A DNA stretch of 60,156 nt, taken from the IMG/VR virus record IMGVR_UViG_3300029805_000006, positions 1-60,156 of that record; one strand, written 5' to 3'. Every line of letters begins with the position of its first letter. Position 1 is the stretch's first letter. The translations under genes and the position numbers were made by a program. The notes below the pieces were generated by a model, which was not told the origin of the DNA, ran no database searches, and worked only from the letters and a program-made list of their open reading frames with translations. This document shows, one piece after another, positions 14,265 to 23,798 of this stretch. Origin of the DNA: a virus.

Positions 14265-16892
14265 GTGGCAGACCCGAAGTTCATCGCACGGCAAATCACG
14301 ATCACCGCCCCTGCGACGGGAACGTGGAATGTCTCACATCCCGAGCTGGTAGCCAGGGGGATCACACCGAAAGCTGTGATCGTCATGGCTTCTGCTGTAG
14401 ATTCAGAGACCGACAAGGACATCTCTACGAACGCTTCCGGTTCGTGGGGAGTCTACGATGGTACGGACCAGTCCGCACAAAACTGGTTTAGTAAGGACGC
14501 TCAATCTACTTCACAGAGCGACAGTGGATTCAAGTCCTCCACGGTAGCTAGAGTAGGAGGACTGGGAGGGGAGACTCTCCACCTGGAGATGGACGCCACC
14601 GCCCTCGTTTCAGGAGGAGGTACGTTCAACGTATCGACCAGTGATGCAGGTCAAGTGGTACGAGTTACCTTCCTGTTCTTGGGAGGAACGGAGCTTGATG
14701 TCACCTACTTCTCAGCGACAGCAAACCTGTCCACGACTACCGTCACTGTAGGGTTCGAGACTGATGTCATCTTCGCGTCAGGGCGTAGGGACATCGGAGC
14801 AGATTCAGAAGCAGACGTTGACTCTCTGCACTATCATTGGAGTATGATCACCGCCATCAATGATGGCGCAGGTGAGTTCGATGATATCGGAAAACACAAC
14901 TACGCTAAGGATGGTTTATCTACCATTCAGAGTAGGTCCATCATCACAAATGATAGGGCCAAGTTTTCAGTCACTCTAGATCCTACAGCGTCAGACGGTT
15001 CGAGTTACTTTGAGAATGTAACTTCCACAACTTTCGACTACAGGGAATCCACTCAAGCCTCAGACCACGCAGTCTTTGGTCTGGCTTTAGATCTAGGCAC
15101 TGTGGTTTATGGACAGGCCACCAACTATCTCACCCCGATTGATTTTCCTGTCGGTGAAGATACAATCTCTTATGATGACCTTGGGTTTCTCCCGGAGCTG
15201 ATTTACAGTCCTTGGGTTTATCGAAACACAGGTACGGTCTCTGGAGTTTCTTCAGGTGGAGGAATGGCAGGGGGCCTGAATATTTCAGACGGCTCTAGTG
15301 TGTCAGGTCACCACTACAGCGACAACCACAACGTCTCAACATCTAAGACCAGGACCGCAGTAAACAGCGGTAATTTCTTCACTGGATTTTTCCATGGAGG
15401 GACTCTCCTTTGGTCTGGAGACATCGTCCATACAGCAGATGGATTCGACATTGTATGGATTGACAACAGTACTGAAGTCCTCGGTCACTTCCACGCTCTT
15501 GGTATTGAAAACCAAGGCGCATGGTTAGGAGAGACTACAGGCTGCGCTTCGGTAGAGTCGTGCGGTACTCCTACCGTTTCAGTAGGCGCAGTTGATCTAG
15601 TAGCTACTGGCTGCCCCGCTCCCGGCGCGTGCGGCACGGCTACAGTCTCTACGTCCATCGGCCTCACTGCGACTGGATGCGCTGCGACGGGCTCGTGCGG
15701 TACGCCGGTCATCACACCTCCGACTACCTCGCTCACCGCGACTGGTTGTCCTGCCAACGGCGCGTGTGGCACGCCTGTCATCACGCCTCCCACCACTGCA
15801 CTTACCGCCACCGGCTGTGCAGCCTCCGGGACATGTGGCACGACTGTCATCGCTCCGGGAGCCGTCAATCTTACCGCCACCGGCTGTGCTGCGACCGGCG
15901 TGTGTGGCACGGCTTCTGTTTCAGTAGGAGCTGTGGTCTTAGCCGCAGTGGCCTGCTTGGCCATGGCTGCGTGCGGTACTCCTACAATCTCTGTAGGAGC
16001 CTTTGATCTCGTGGCAAATAGCTGCCCTGCGACAGGCTCGTGCGGCACTCCTACAGTCTCTACCGGAGCCGTCAACCTCACGGCTACCGGCTGCCCCGCT
16101 ACAGGCGCGTGTGGCACGCCTACAGTCTCTACCGGAGCCGTGACCCTCACTGCTACTGGTTGCACCGCGACAGGCGCGTGCGGCACTCCTACAGTCACTC
16201 AGGCAGGACAGGATCTCACGGCTACCGGATGCACGGCGACCGGCGACTGTGGCACTCCCACATTGACTCTGGGCGCGGTTGACCTCACGGCTACCGGCTG
16301 CCCAGCCACTGGAGCGTGCGGCGATACCACAGTAGGCACTGATGCGCAAGTAATTACCGCAAATAGCTGTTCAAGTGTCTCAAAATGTGGTATTGTTTTC
16401 CTTCAAGGCGGGACTATCCCCGAAACCATGCACACCCGAATCAAGAACGCTCTCATCTGCGCTGCCCGCTTAGGGACATTCATCAAGGTCGATCAGCAAT
16501 GCTCAGGCGTAGGTGACTGTGGTGATACGGCTACCCAGTCTCAAGGATTGCAAGTGGCCCCGGCCACCATCCTCGTGAATGAAGTCCGCACCAAGTTCGC
16601 TGAGAGAGATCGCTGCTCGCCGTGCGGCAAGCATGGTCGCCGTCGTACTCAATGGATGTGGAAAATGATCCTTCGCTTTGACTGCGATGTGACCACCACT
16701 CTGTTTGACGAGCAGATCGCATGTACCCCCGTGGTGCTGCCCCGCCTACCGGAACCTGTTGAAGGGCTCCACACAAAAAACCGACAAGTGGTTCTCCAGT
16801 TGTTGGACATCGTACCGAAGCATCCTCCTGGAGGCAAATCGTCTTCAGGCGCGGAGTTTCATTACATCTTCGAAGCGCAGACCAGCGCATAA
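14265..16892 (+). CDS. large virion-module protein with 12 tandem 23-aa double-cysteine repeats
   Basis: 875-aa ORF with a GTG start. Repeats occupy aa 426-700. It is the only long ORF consistent with the operon's strand and spacing. Confidence 0.75.
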   Translation: MADPKFIARQITITAPATGTWNVSHPELVARGITPKAVIVMASAVDSETDKDISTNASGSWGVYDGTDQSAQNWFSKDAQSTSQSDSGFKSSTVARVGGLGGETLHLEMDATALVSGGGTFNVSTSDAGQVVRVTFLFLGGTELDVTYFSATANLSTTTVTVGFETDVIFASGRRDIGADSEADVDSLHYHWSMITAINDGAGEFDDIGKHNYAKDGLSTIQSRSIITNDRAKFSVTLDPTASDGSSYFENVTSTTFDYRESTQASDHAVFGLALDLGTVVYGQATNYLTPIDFPVGEDTISYDDLGFLPELIYSPWVYRNTGTVSGVSSGGGMAGGLNISDGSSVSGHHYSDNHNVSTSKTRTAVNSGNFFTGFFHGGTLLWSGDIVHTADGFDIVWIDNSTEVLGHFHALGIENQGAWLGETTGCASVESCGTPTVSVGAVDLVATGCPAPGACGTATVSTSIGLTATGCAATGSCGTPVITPPTTSLTATGCPANGACGTPVITPPTTALTATGCAASGTCGTTVIAPGAVNLTATGCAATGVCGTASVSVGAVVLAAVACLAMAACGTPTISVGAFDLVANSCPATGSCGTPTVSTGAVNLTATGCPATGACGTPTVSTGAVTLTATGCTATGACGTPTVTQAGQDLTATGCTATGDCGTPTLTLGAVDLTATGCPATGACGDTTVGTDAQVITANSCSSVSKCGIVFLQGGTIPETMHTRIKNALICAARLGTFIKVDQQCSGVGDCGDTATQSQGLQVAPATILVNEVRTKFAERDRCSPCGKHGRRRTQWMWKMILRFDCDVTTTLFDEQIACTPVVLPRLPEPVEGLHTKNRQVVLQLLDIVPKHPPGGKSSSGAEFHYIFEAQTSA
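15540..16364 (+). repeat. tandem 69-bp (23-aa) coding repeat, 12 copies; a degenerate 13th runs to about 16412
   Basis: Example units: GCASVESCGTPTVSVGAVDLVAT, GCPATGACGTPTVSTGAVNLTAT, GCTATGDCGTPTLTLGAVDLTAT. One copy is 22 aa. Frame checked: codon 426 starts at 15540 and codon 701 at 16365. Confidence 0.9.
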
Positions 16893-16916
16893 CCAAAAAC
16901 CCAAGAGGAAGCAACC

Positions 16917-17780
16917 ATGCTTACTGCAAACACTACGGGCAGCTCCAATGATCGGGACATCCTGATCCCCGGAGCCGAACTTTTTGTCGCGTCTATCGGC
17001 GCTGACGGATTTCCCGACAACGGAGGTCTTCGCAACGTAGGTTGCATTGAGACCGTCACCCTTTCGACCGAGGAAGAACTCAAGGACATCTACTGCAAAA
17101 AGAAGTGCAAGAAGGTCCTCATCAAGTCGGTCTCGATCACCTCTGACATCACCGTCGCTTGGCAGATGAAAGAAGTCTCGGCTCAAAACCTTGCCTTGTT
17201 CCTGAAAGGAACCACGGTCATCTACGACAACCCTCACGACACGACCTTTGCTGATGCTCAGATCGTTGACGGCGGCACCACCGCTTTCACGCTGGGTCAC
17301 TGGTACCTCATGAAGGACTTGTCCGGCGCTCGCGCATACAACCTCGGCGCTGCTGGGTGTGTCTACGCTATCCACGATGATGCCGCTGCTGTGATGGACA
17401 CCACGGACTACGAGATCGACGAAGAAGCAGGCATGATCCGCTTCAAGTCTGGTGGAACGAACACCCTCACGGGTGCTGAGAAGATGGAGTGGGACATCAC
17501 CACTGCTGCCACCGTCGCCACCGACCTGACTGAAGTCCAGTCCTTCAAGTTCTCCAACCAAGAGCTGTATGTGGTCATCCGTGTTGGCAACTCTGCCGAC
17601 ACCTTGTCCAACGGCGACTGCTCGGAAGGCGAAGTGGTCATCCCCCGTTTGAGCGTAAGCTCTGATGGTGAATTCTCCTTGAGTGGAGATGAAGAATCCC
17701 TGTTGGGTGTTACGGGCCGAGTGCTCGAACCTTCCAATGGTGAAGAAGCGCTGTTCACCCGCGCTCGCGTACAGGCGTAA
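16917..17780 (+). CDS. major tail (tube) protein
   Basis: 287 aa. It lies immediately upstream of the G/GT chaperone pair and the tape measure, and is followed by hairpins. Confidence 0.65.
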   Translation: MLTANTTGSSNDRDILIPGAELFVASIGADGFPDNGGLRNVGCIETVTLSTEEELKDIYCKKKCKKVLIKSVSITSDITVAWQMKEVSAQNLALFLKGTTVIYDNPHDTTFADAQIVDGGTTAFTLGHWYLMKDLSGARAYNLGAAGCVYAIHDDAAAVMDTTDYEIDEEAGMIRFKSGGTNTLTGAEKMEWDITTAATVATDLTEVQSFKFSNQELYVVIRVGNSADTLSNGDCSEGEVVIPRLSVSSDGEFSLSGDEESLLGVTGRVLEPSNGEEALFTRARVQA

Positions 17781-17781
17781 G

Positions 17782-17830
17782 CCTTTCCTCTGGTAGGGAA
17801 AGAGGACGGTCCTGGGCTTCGGCCCGGGGC
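17782..17830 (+). terminator. tandem stem-loops after the major tail gene
   Basis: CTTTCC/GGAAAG stem, then CCTGGGC-TTCG-GCCCGGG (17811-17828, one G:U pair, TTCG tetraloop). The downstream T tract is weak. Confidence 0.4.
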
Positions 17831-17883
17831 CATTTCCCTCCTGCCAAAAACCTCCCTACCAAACCCCTACCAAAACAAATCAC

Positions 17884-18507
17884 ATGTCTTTTCTTGACAA
17901 CTTCTGCAAGCCTAAATCAGTTTCCGTAGACTTCGGAAACGATAACAACAGTGTCGAAATGTACCCCAGCAGGGTGTGCATGTCCTCAGAACTTAGGACT
18001 CTCTTCACTGACCTTGGCCCCGACATCTCGGTCATCTTTGATGATCGCTCGATGGACACTGGCACCAGCAACGAATACCTCCAAGACGAAAGTGAGGACG
18101 CAAACATCGTCAACACCAAGCGAGTGCAGACAGCAGCCTCTGTGGACCTCTTGAAGTTCCGTTCGGAGTCTCGCTCCCAGGCTATCCGCCGGGTCGCTGA
18201 GAACGCCTTAGAGAACCGCTGCAAGCTGGCCATCGGTCGTATCTTGATGGACTCCATGAGGGACGAATACAAAGCTCACGCCTCCCGTCCCAATGGTGAT
18301 GTCTTGGAGTTCATGAACCACGAGCACCTGACCATTGAAGTCTTGATCCAACTCTTGGTTGGCTGGGCGAAAGCCAACGCCAGCAAGTTGGGCTCGCTGG
18401 GAAAGAAGATGGTCTCGGCGGTCGAGACGATACAAGAGACCCCTGGCGAGCAATCCTCGACCAGTTCACCCGAGCAATCGGAGCCGGATACAGAGTCGGA
18501 GAACTAG
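17884..18507 (+). CDS. tail assembly chaperone (gpG-like)
   Basis: 207 aa, between the tube and tape measure genes. It contains the slippery heptamer near its 3' end. Confidence 0.75.
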   Translation: MSFLDNFCKPKSVSVDFGNDNNSVEMYPSRVCMSSELRTLFTDLGPDISVIFDDRSMDTGTSNEYLQDESEDANIVNTKRVQTAASVDLLKFRSESRSQAIRRVAENALENRCKLAIGRILMDSMRDEYKAHASRPNGDVLEFMNHEHLTIEVLIQLLVGWAKANASKLGSLGKKMVSAVETIQETPGEQSSTSSPEQSEPDTESEN

Positions 18508-18734
18508 ACTTGCTGGACTTCGATCAGTTAGAAGCTGTGGTGGCAAGCATCGACAGGGTGGACAACTTCAACCGTTCCACTCGGGTCGTTGACACCTTCA
18601 CCGCATCTCAGACTGATTCCAAAGGCATCAAGGATCACCTCGATTCTCTCTCCGATCCTGACGCTCCCAAGGCCAAGCCCAAGGCTATGTCTTTCGGAGC
18701 ACTTCAAAGTCGCATCGCCTCTATGGGCAACTAA
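17884..18734 (+). CDS. tail assembly chaperone frameshift product (gpGT-like), join(17884..18405,18405..18734)
   Basis: The -1 frame is open from 18339 to the TAA at 18732-18734. The slippery G GGA AAG is in the correct zero-frame phase at 18399-18405. The predicted fusion is 283 aa. Confidence 0.7.
18399..18405 (+). promoter_or_regulatory. programmed -1 ribosomal frameshift site, G GGA AAG
   Basis: Zero-frame codons are CTG GGA AAG (..SLGKK..). The heptamer is identical to the lambda G/GT slippery sequence. Confidence 0.7.
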
Positions 18735-18737
18735 ACT

Positions 18738-21700
18738 ATGGCACTAGACGAATCCTTCATCTTTGACATTGATGTTCAAATCATCAATGAAGAATCTCTC
18801 ACCGCTCTCCGCAGCGAGCTGAAGAAATCAAGGGAAGAGTACCTTCGTCTGAAAAAGGCCTTGCGTGAAACTTCACGAGAAGGGTTGACCGCTGCACAAT
18901 CTCAAGTCAACTCTTCTCGCAAGAGCAGGGAGGCCATCAAGTCTGAAATCTTGGTGGCCCGAGACAAGGTAAGGTCAGACCGCAAGCGGGAGATCTCCTC
19001 CAAGAAGTTTTCCCAGAGTTCTCCCAAGGAAGTCGCTGCCGTCAACCGCAGGGTCACCGCCCTTCGGGCCAACATTGAGGTCCAGAAGAGACTCAACAAA
19101 GAGAAGGTAGCCGCAGCTCAGATCGCTAAGTTCCAATCCATTGGCCGCCAGGATCTAATCACTGACCCGTTGCGCAAGACCGCAGGTCAGCGCACCTTGG
19201 CCGACGTGAATCGGGAAGTCAGTGAGAAGAAGAAAGCAGCAGAGCAGACCTCCCGCTTCCGCATCAAGAAGGAAGAGGAAGTAGCCCGCGCTCAAGCGTC
19301 CCTACGCAAGCAGCAGATCCGAGAGGAGAAGGCGCTTGCCAAGGAACGGGAACGCCAGCACAACGCGCAGATCAAGCAAGAGGCTCGCATCGCCAGGGAC
19401 CGCGAGCGAGACACAGCCAAGGCTTTGCGCTTGGAAGAGAAGCTCAACCTTGAGAAAGAGCGTGCTCGTAAATTCAAAGTCCGAGAGCAGAACCGATTGT
19501 TCGGAGATGACTCTACCCAGACCGTGCAGAAGCAGGACCGGGCCAAGAGAACCATCGACGCACTCAGGCGTCAAGGCCGAGAGGACCTGATCACCAACTC
19601 CCTGCGCACTCAGTCAGGAGAGTTGAAGAAACAAGAAGGGCTGGCCCAGCGCCTGCTATTCACCTTCCGCCGTCTGGTGGGAGTGCTCGCGCTCTTCACG
19701 TTGGCCAGGGTCGTGACCCGAGAGTTCGCCAACATGGTGAGGTTCGGCATCCAGTTCGCAGACAGCATCAAAGGTAGCGAGATCGCTATCGGTGGTATCG
19801 TCACAGCATCGACACGTCTAAGCGACGAGTTCGGAAACATCCTCACCGGCGTCGATGCGCTCAACGCTGCCCAGGGCTTGGCCCGAGATCAGCTAGGGAA
19901 GTTGCGCCAGGATGCGCTGAAGACCACGGCTACGTTTGAAGAGTTGGCAGAGACCTTCCAGATCGCTGTGGGCCCCGGCCTGTCGGCGGGCGGTACCTTG
20001 GACGAGATCAGGGAACTGACGGTTGGTATCTCCCAGGCAGCCACAGCAATCGGCCTGCCTCAGAACCAGTTGGCGGAAGAGATTCGCTCCCTGTTGTCTG
20101 GTACCATCCAGGCGCGGACCACGCGGATCGCAACGACGTTGGGCATCACCAACTCGGACATCAAGCAACTCAAGGAAGCAGGGACACTCTTTGCTGTATT
20201 GAACAAGCGGTTCGATGCCTTCCAAGAATCAGCCGAGCGAGCTGCCCGCAGCACCATCAGTGGTTTGCAGACGCTGTTGCGCGGAGCCTTCGGTGAAGTA
20301 CTGGCCCAAGCCAGTGACGGCCTTCGAGGCATCCTGCTCACGCAACTCACTGAGCTGCTAGACGGAGTGCTCTTGGTCAAGGACGAAGTAGGCAACGTAG
20401 CCCCCAACCCCCAAGCGGTCGCAGTCTTCAGAACTGTCTTCGACTTCCTTGGGGAGATCATCATCCGAGCCAAGGCCGCAGCCTCGATCCTGACCTTTAC
20501 GGATGTGATCAGGTCCTTACGGTTCGTGCAGGCCATCCTTCGAAACGTCATCGCGTTCGCTGAAGGGTTCGCCTCGGTAATCGCTGTAGGGTTCCAACTC
20601 CTAGTCAGCCTGTTCTCTACCTTCCGGGATACGCTCGGGGCTTCGACCCAAGAAGCCCTGCGATTCCTTGGAGTATTCATCGCACTGCGCGTGCTCATCC
20701 CGGGAGTCATCGGAGAGTTCGTCAAGATCGCAGGCGTGATCACCAAGATCAACAAGACCACATTGATTTGGTTGGGCATCGCAATCGCCTTAGGGAAGGC
20801 CTTGCAGTTCGTGACCCAGAAGGTGACCGGAGTCAACGTGTCCTTGACCGACACGGTGAAGCTCATTGGTTTAGGCCTGTCCGTCGCTCTCAACGATGTG
20901 GGCGGGGCGTTCGCCAAGATGGGCGCAATCATCAAGGCCAACCTGCTAGGCCCTTTGGAGAAAGCCGAGTTCCTCAGCCGCAAGGTCGCGCTCGCAGCCA
21001 AGCTGGCCAAGGCCGGAGCTACAGGTGACGATACAGAACAGCAACGCCTCTTCCAAGAGAAGGACGCTTTGGACTTGGAGTCCGAGCGGGCCGCCAAAGA
21101 GCGCGGTCTTTCCTTAGACCAGAAGCTCGCCAGGATCACCGCCGAAACCAAGAAGCGTGAGATCGAACTAGGCAACAGGGTCTCTATCCTGCTAGGCGAC
21201 AACCGTACCCAGGTCGAGAAGAACACTGAAGCCATGGGAGACCTAGACAAGGTTCTCGGTTCGGTGAAGAGCGCGTTCGAGGACACCTTTGGTTCCACCG
21301 GAGCAGGGCTCGCCCTCTCCAGCGCGACCGAGATCATCCGTGACTTGGCAGCTCCCATGAGCGAGTTGCGCACCTCCACCCAAGACGCCAACCGTGAGTT
21401 CTTGAAGATGGCTTCGACCATCCGAACTCTGGAAGGTACCGGAGGAGGAGCGTTCATTGAGATCTTCGACCAAGGCTCCTTGGCCACAGGCAAGAAGTTG
21501 GAAGCATCCCTTCGTGCTCTGGTAGACTTGCGCAAGCAGTTGAAAGGAGAGAACGGAACGACCGCAGACAGCAGGGCCAAGATCCTTTCTCTTCAGAAGG
21601 ACATCCTTGACGTGGAAGACGCAAGGTTGCAGATCTCCTTGCAGCAGACTCAGATCTCCAACGCGCAGGCGGCCACGGCTGCACTGAAACTTGCCGACGA

Positions 21701-22766
21701 GCTACGAGGAACTGCCGAGCTTGCTCGCATCAACTCTCAGTTTGCGTTGCAAGATTCACTGGCTCCCACCAATGCCAAGCGCAACGAAGTGCAGGCCACG
21801 AAAGATCTGGCCATCGCCCTTCAGACCGCAAGGCAGGAAGATCAGAAGCGTGCCCAATCCATCGCGCTGCTCTCCACTCTGGCCGAAGGGTTCAACGGTA
21901 GGCAGAAGCAAGCCGTCCTCGACCTGATCGAGCTGGAGAAGGAACGCAAAGGAGTTGAGGAGCAGGCTTTCAGGGCCCGCATCTCTCGCCTCGAAGAAGA
22001 AGCCGCACGAGCCACCGCGCTGGCCTCTGATGACCTCAGTGCAGGAATCGGAGTAGGACTCAAGCAGATCGTCGAAGAGCTTCCTACGCTCGCACAGACG
22101 GGCGCAGACCTGATCAAGCAGACCGTCAATGGTCTGGGCGATTTCATTAGTACAACCATCGTCGATGCTTTCGATCCGACCAAGGACAACACCATCCGGG
22201 AGAGGTTCGCCTCGTTCGTCGCCGGGCTGGCACAGACCCTGATCTCCGCGTTCGCCAAGGTGCAACTCGCCAAGCTCTTCCCGACCTTGTTGGGAGCAGC
22301 AGGTGGAGCCACGGGCGGTCAGGTAGCAGGTGGAGCCCGAGGGGGCTTCGTGACCGGCTTCGACGGAGGAGGCATCGTCCCCTCCACCGCGCCCTCCATC
22401 GGGTCCCAGCCGGGCTTCGACCCTCGTGACGTGGTGCCCGCCCTGCTCCGCAAGAATGAGTTCGTGGTCAGGCCGGAGATCGCTCGCCCGAATATGGAGT
22501 TCTTGCACGCACTCAACAGTGGACAATTCCTCCCGCATTTGCTAAGGTCTGGCATGAAGACCAAGGGATTTGCAACAGGCGGAGCCACCTCAGGTGGATC
22601 GAGCACCGTGACCTCTCCAGGCTCAGGCGCAGGCCTTGTAGTCCTTCCTGCAATCGCAGCGGACGAAGAGACCATGGACAGGATGACTTCTGGAGGCCAA
22701 GCGGCTTTCATGCAATTCGCAACAGACAACGCCGCAGAACTCAACGCAATCTTAGGAAACTCATAA
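18738..22766 (+). CDS. tape measure protein
   Basis: 1342 aa. Long Lys/Arg/Glu coiled-coil N-terminus, hydrophobic central segments and a Gly-rich C-terminus. Canonical position. Confidence 0.9.
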   Translation: MALDESFIFDIDVQIINEESLTALRSELKKSREEYLRLKKALRETSREGLTAAQSQVNSSRKSREAIKSEILVARDKVRSDRKREISSKKFSQSSPKEVAAVNRRVTALRANIEVQKRLNKEKVAAAQIAKFQSIGRQDLITDPLRKTAGQRTLADVNREVSEKKKAAEQTSRFRIKKEEEVARAQASLRKQQIREEKALAKERERQHNAQIKQEARIARDRERDTAKALRLEEKLNLEKERARKFKVREQNRLFGDDSTQTVQKQDRAKRTIDALRRQGREDLITNSLRTQSGELKKQEGLAQRLLFTFRRLVGVLALFTLARVVTREFANMVRFGIQFADSIKGSEIAIGGIVTASTRLSDEFGNILTGVDALNAAQGLARDQLGKLRQDALKTTATFEELAETFQIAVGPGLSAGGTLDEIRELTVGISQAATAIGLPQNQLAEEIRSLLSGTIQARTTRIATTLGITNSDIKQLKEAGTLFAVLNKRFDAFQESAERAARSTISGLQTLLRGAFGEVLAQASDGLRGILLTQLTELLDGVLLVKDEVGNVAPNPQAVAVFRTVFDFLGEIIIRAKAAASILTFTDVIRSLRFVQAILRNVIAFAEGFASVIAVGFQLLVSLFSTFRDTLGASTQEALRFLGVFIALRVLIPGVIGEFVKIAGVITKINKTTLIWLGIAIALGKALQFVTQKVTGVNVSLTDTVKLIGLGLSVALNDVGGAFAKMGAIIKANLLGPLEKAEFLSRKVALAAKLAKAGATGDDTEQQRLFQEKDALDLESERAAKERGLSLDQKLARITAETKKREIELGNRVSILLGDNRTQVEKNTEAMGDLDKVLGSVKSAFEDTFGSTGAGLALSSATEIIRDLAAPMSELRTSTQDANREFLKMASTIRTLEGTGGGAFIEIFDQGSLATGKKLEASLRALVDLRKQLKGENGTTADSRAKILSLQKDILDVEDARLQISLQQTQISNAQAATAALKLADELRGTAELARINSQFALQDSLAPTNAKRNEVQATKDLAIALQTARQEDQKRAQSIALLSTLAEGFNGRQKQAVLDLIELEKERKGVEEQAFRARISRLEEEAARATALASDDLSAGIGVGLKQIVEELPTLAQTGADLIKQTVNGLGDFISTTIVDAFDPTKDNTIRERFASFVAGLAQTLISAFAKVQLAKLFPTLLGAAGGATGGQVAGGARGGFVTGFDGGGIVPSTAPSIGSQPGFDPRDVVPALLRKNEFVVRPEIARPNMEFLHALNSGQFLPHLLRSGMKTKGFATGGATSGGSSTVTSPGSGAGLVVLPAIAADEETMDRMTSGGQAAFMQFATDNAAELNAILGNS

Positions 22767-23797
22767 TGGCAGTCAAATGGATCGAGGGTTTCGAGACCCA
22801 CACAAACACAACTACCTTGGGCCAGAAGTGGCTCTCGGCAGGAGGCACCAGTACGGCTTCCGGCAGGGTGTTGGGAAGCTCCTCCACAGGCAACATCGTG
22901 ATGACCTCACCTTCGTTGGGCTTGGATGACACCATGGTCTTCGGGGTAGGCATTCGCATCAACAGCAACGCTACCTTCTCAGGCGAGCAGGGGTTCTACT
23001 TCCAGCGCGGTGCGCAGGAGCAGTGCCACCTTTTCATCGACAGGCAAGCAGGCGTCGGATACGATCTCCAACTCAAAGTTGGCACCACCGTCATCGACAC
23101 AACGACCACGACCTTGGACTTTGACATTTGGTATTACATCGAACTCAAGTGTGAGTGTACTGCGTCTGGAGACTACGAGTTCCGAGTGGATGGCATCACC
23201 GCTTTCTCAGGAACTGGAGCCACGTTGAACGACTCAGGCTTGGACGGAGCTGACACGTTCGGATTCAACTTCCCGTCAGGCAGTCTTTCCTCTCGTTTCT
23301 TCTTGGATGATTTGTATGTCCTAGACGCCACGGGAGGATCCAACAACGATTTCATTGGTGCTCAAACTATTGAAGGGATCGAAGTGACCGCAAACGGCAC
23401 GACGAACGACTGGACTCAAGATGGATCCGGCGACAACTACACCAGCGTCGATGATGGTACTACTTCCCACACCGACTCCGGTACCGGAGGCACAGTGTCC
23501 AGTGGCACGTTGGCGCAAGAGGATCTCTACACCATGTCAGATCTGGTATCATTGACCGGCAGTGTTTCCGCCGTGCAGTTCAATGCCCGAGCAGCCGTCG
23601 CCGTAGCAGGCTCACGGACGATGCTCTTCAAGGTGAAGACCGGCGCGAGTGGTAGTGCTTCAGCAGGCAGTTCTCCCGTGTCGGACACGGTGTTCAAAAA
23701 CATTCACAAGGTCATGGAGACCAACCCCTCAACCGCATCGGGATGGACTATCTCGGATGTGAACGATACCCAACTCGGCGTGGAGACCGGAGCGTAA
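22766..23797 (+). CDS. tail-associated protein, LamG/ConA-like jelly-roll paralog 1
   Basis: 343 aa. The N-terminus MAVKWIEGFETH parallels MAIRWIDGFEVA of the next gene. WYYIELKCE...YEFRVDG...FFLDDLYVLD is a typical LamG-like pattern. TAATG overlap with the TMP stop. Confidence 0.65.
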   Translation: MAVKWIEGFETHTNTTTLGQKWLSAGGTSTASGRVLGSSSTGNIVMTSPSLGLDDTMVFGVGIRINSNATFSGEQGFYFQRGAQEQCHLFIDRQAGVGYDLQLKVGTTVIDTTTTTLDFDIWYYIELKCECTASGDYEFRVDGITAFSGTGATLNDSGLDGADTFGFNFPSGSLSSRFFLDDLYVLDATGGSNNDFIGAQTIEGIEVTANGTTNDWTQDGSGDNYTSVDDGTTSHTDSGTGGTVSSGTLAQEDLYTMSDLVSLTGSVSAVQFNARAAVAVAGSRTMLFKVKTGASGSASAGSSPVSDTVFKNIHKVMETNPSTASGWTISDVNDTQLGVETGA

Positions 23798-23798
23798 T

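Noticed and set aside
15485-16349. Four overlapping ORFs in other frames or on the other strand across the cysteine-repeat region
   Set aside because: They are artefacts of a 69-bp GC-rich tandem repeat without stops in several frames. Only the 14265..16892 frame continues into non-repetitive flanks and fits the operon.
15540-16364. CRISPR array or DGR variable region
   Set aside because: The repeats are contiguous with no unique spacers and lie in frame within a CDS. I recognised no cas genes, reverse transcriptase or template repeat anywhere in the window.
20060-21580. 506-aa minus-strand ORF, plus other long antisense ORFs inside the tape measure gene
   Set aside because: It is entirely embedded antisense in the 1342-aa TMP ORF and has a Ser/Arg/Ala/Pro-rich low-complexity composition. 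The TMP frame has the expected coiled-coil and hydrophobic organisation and operon context.
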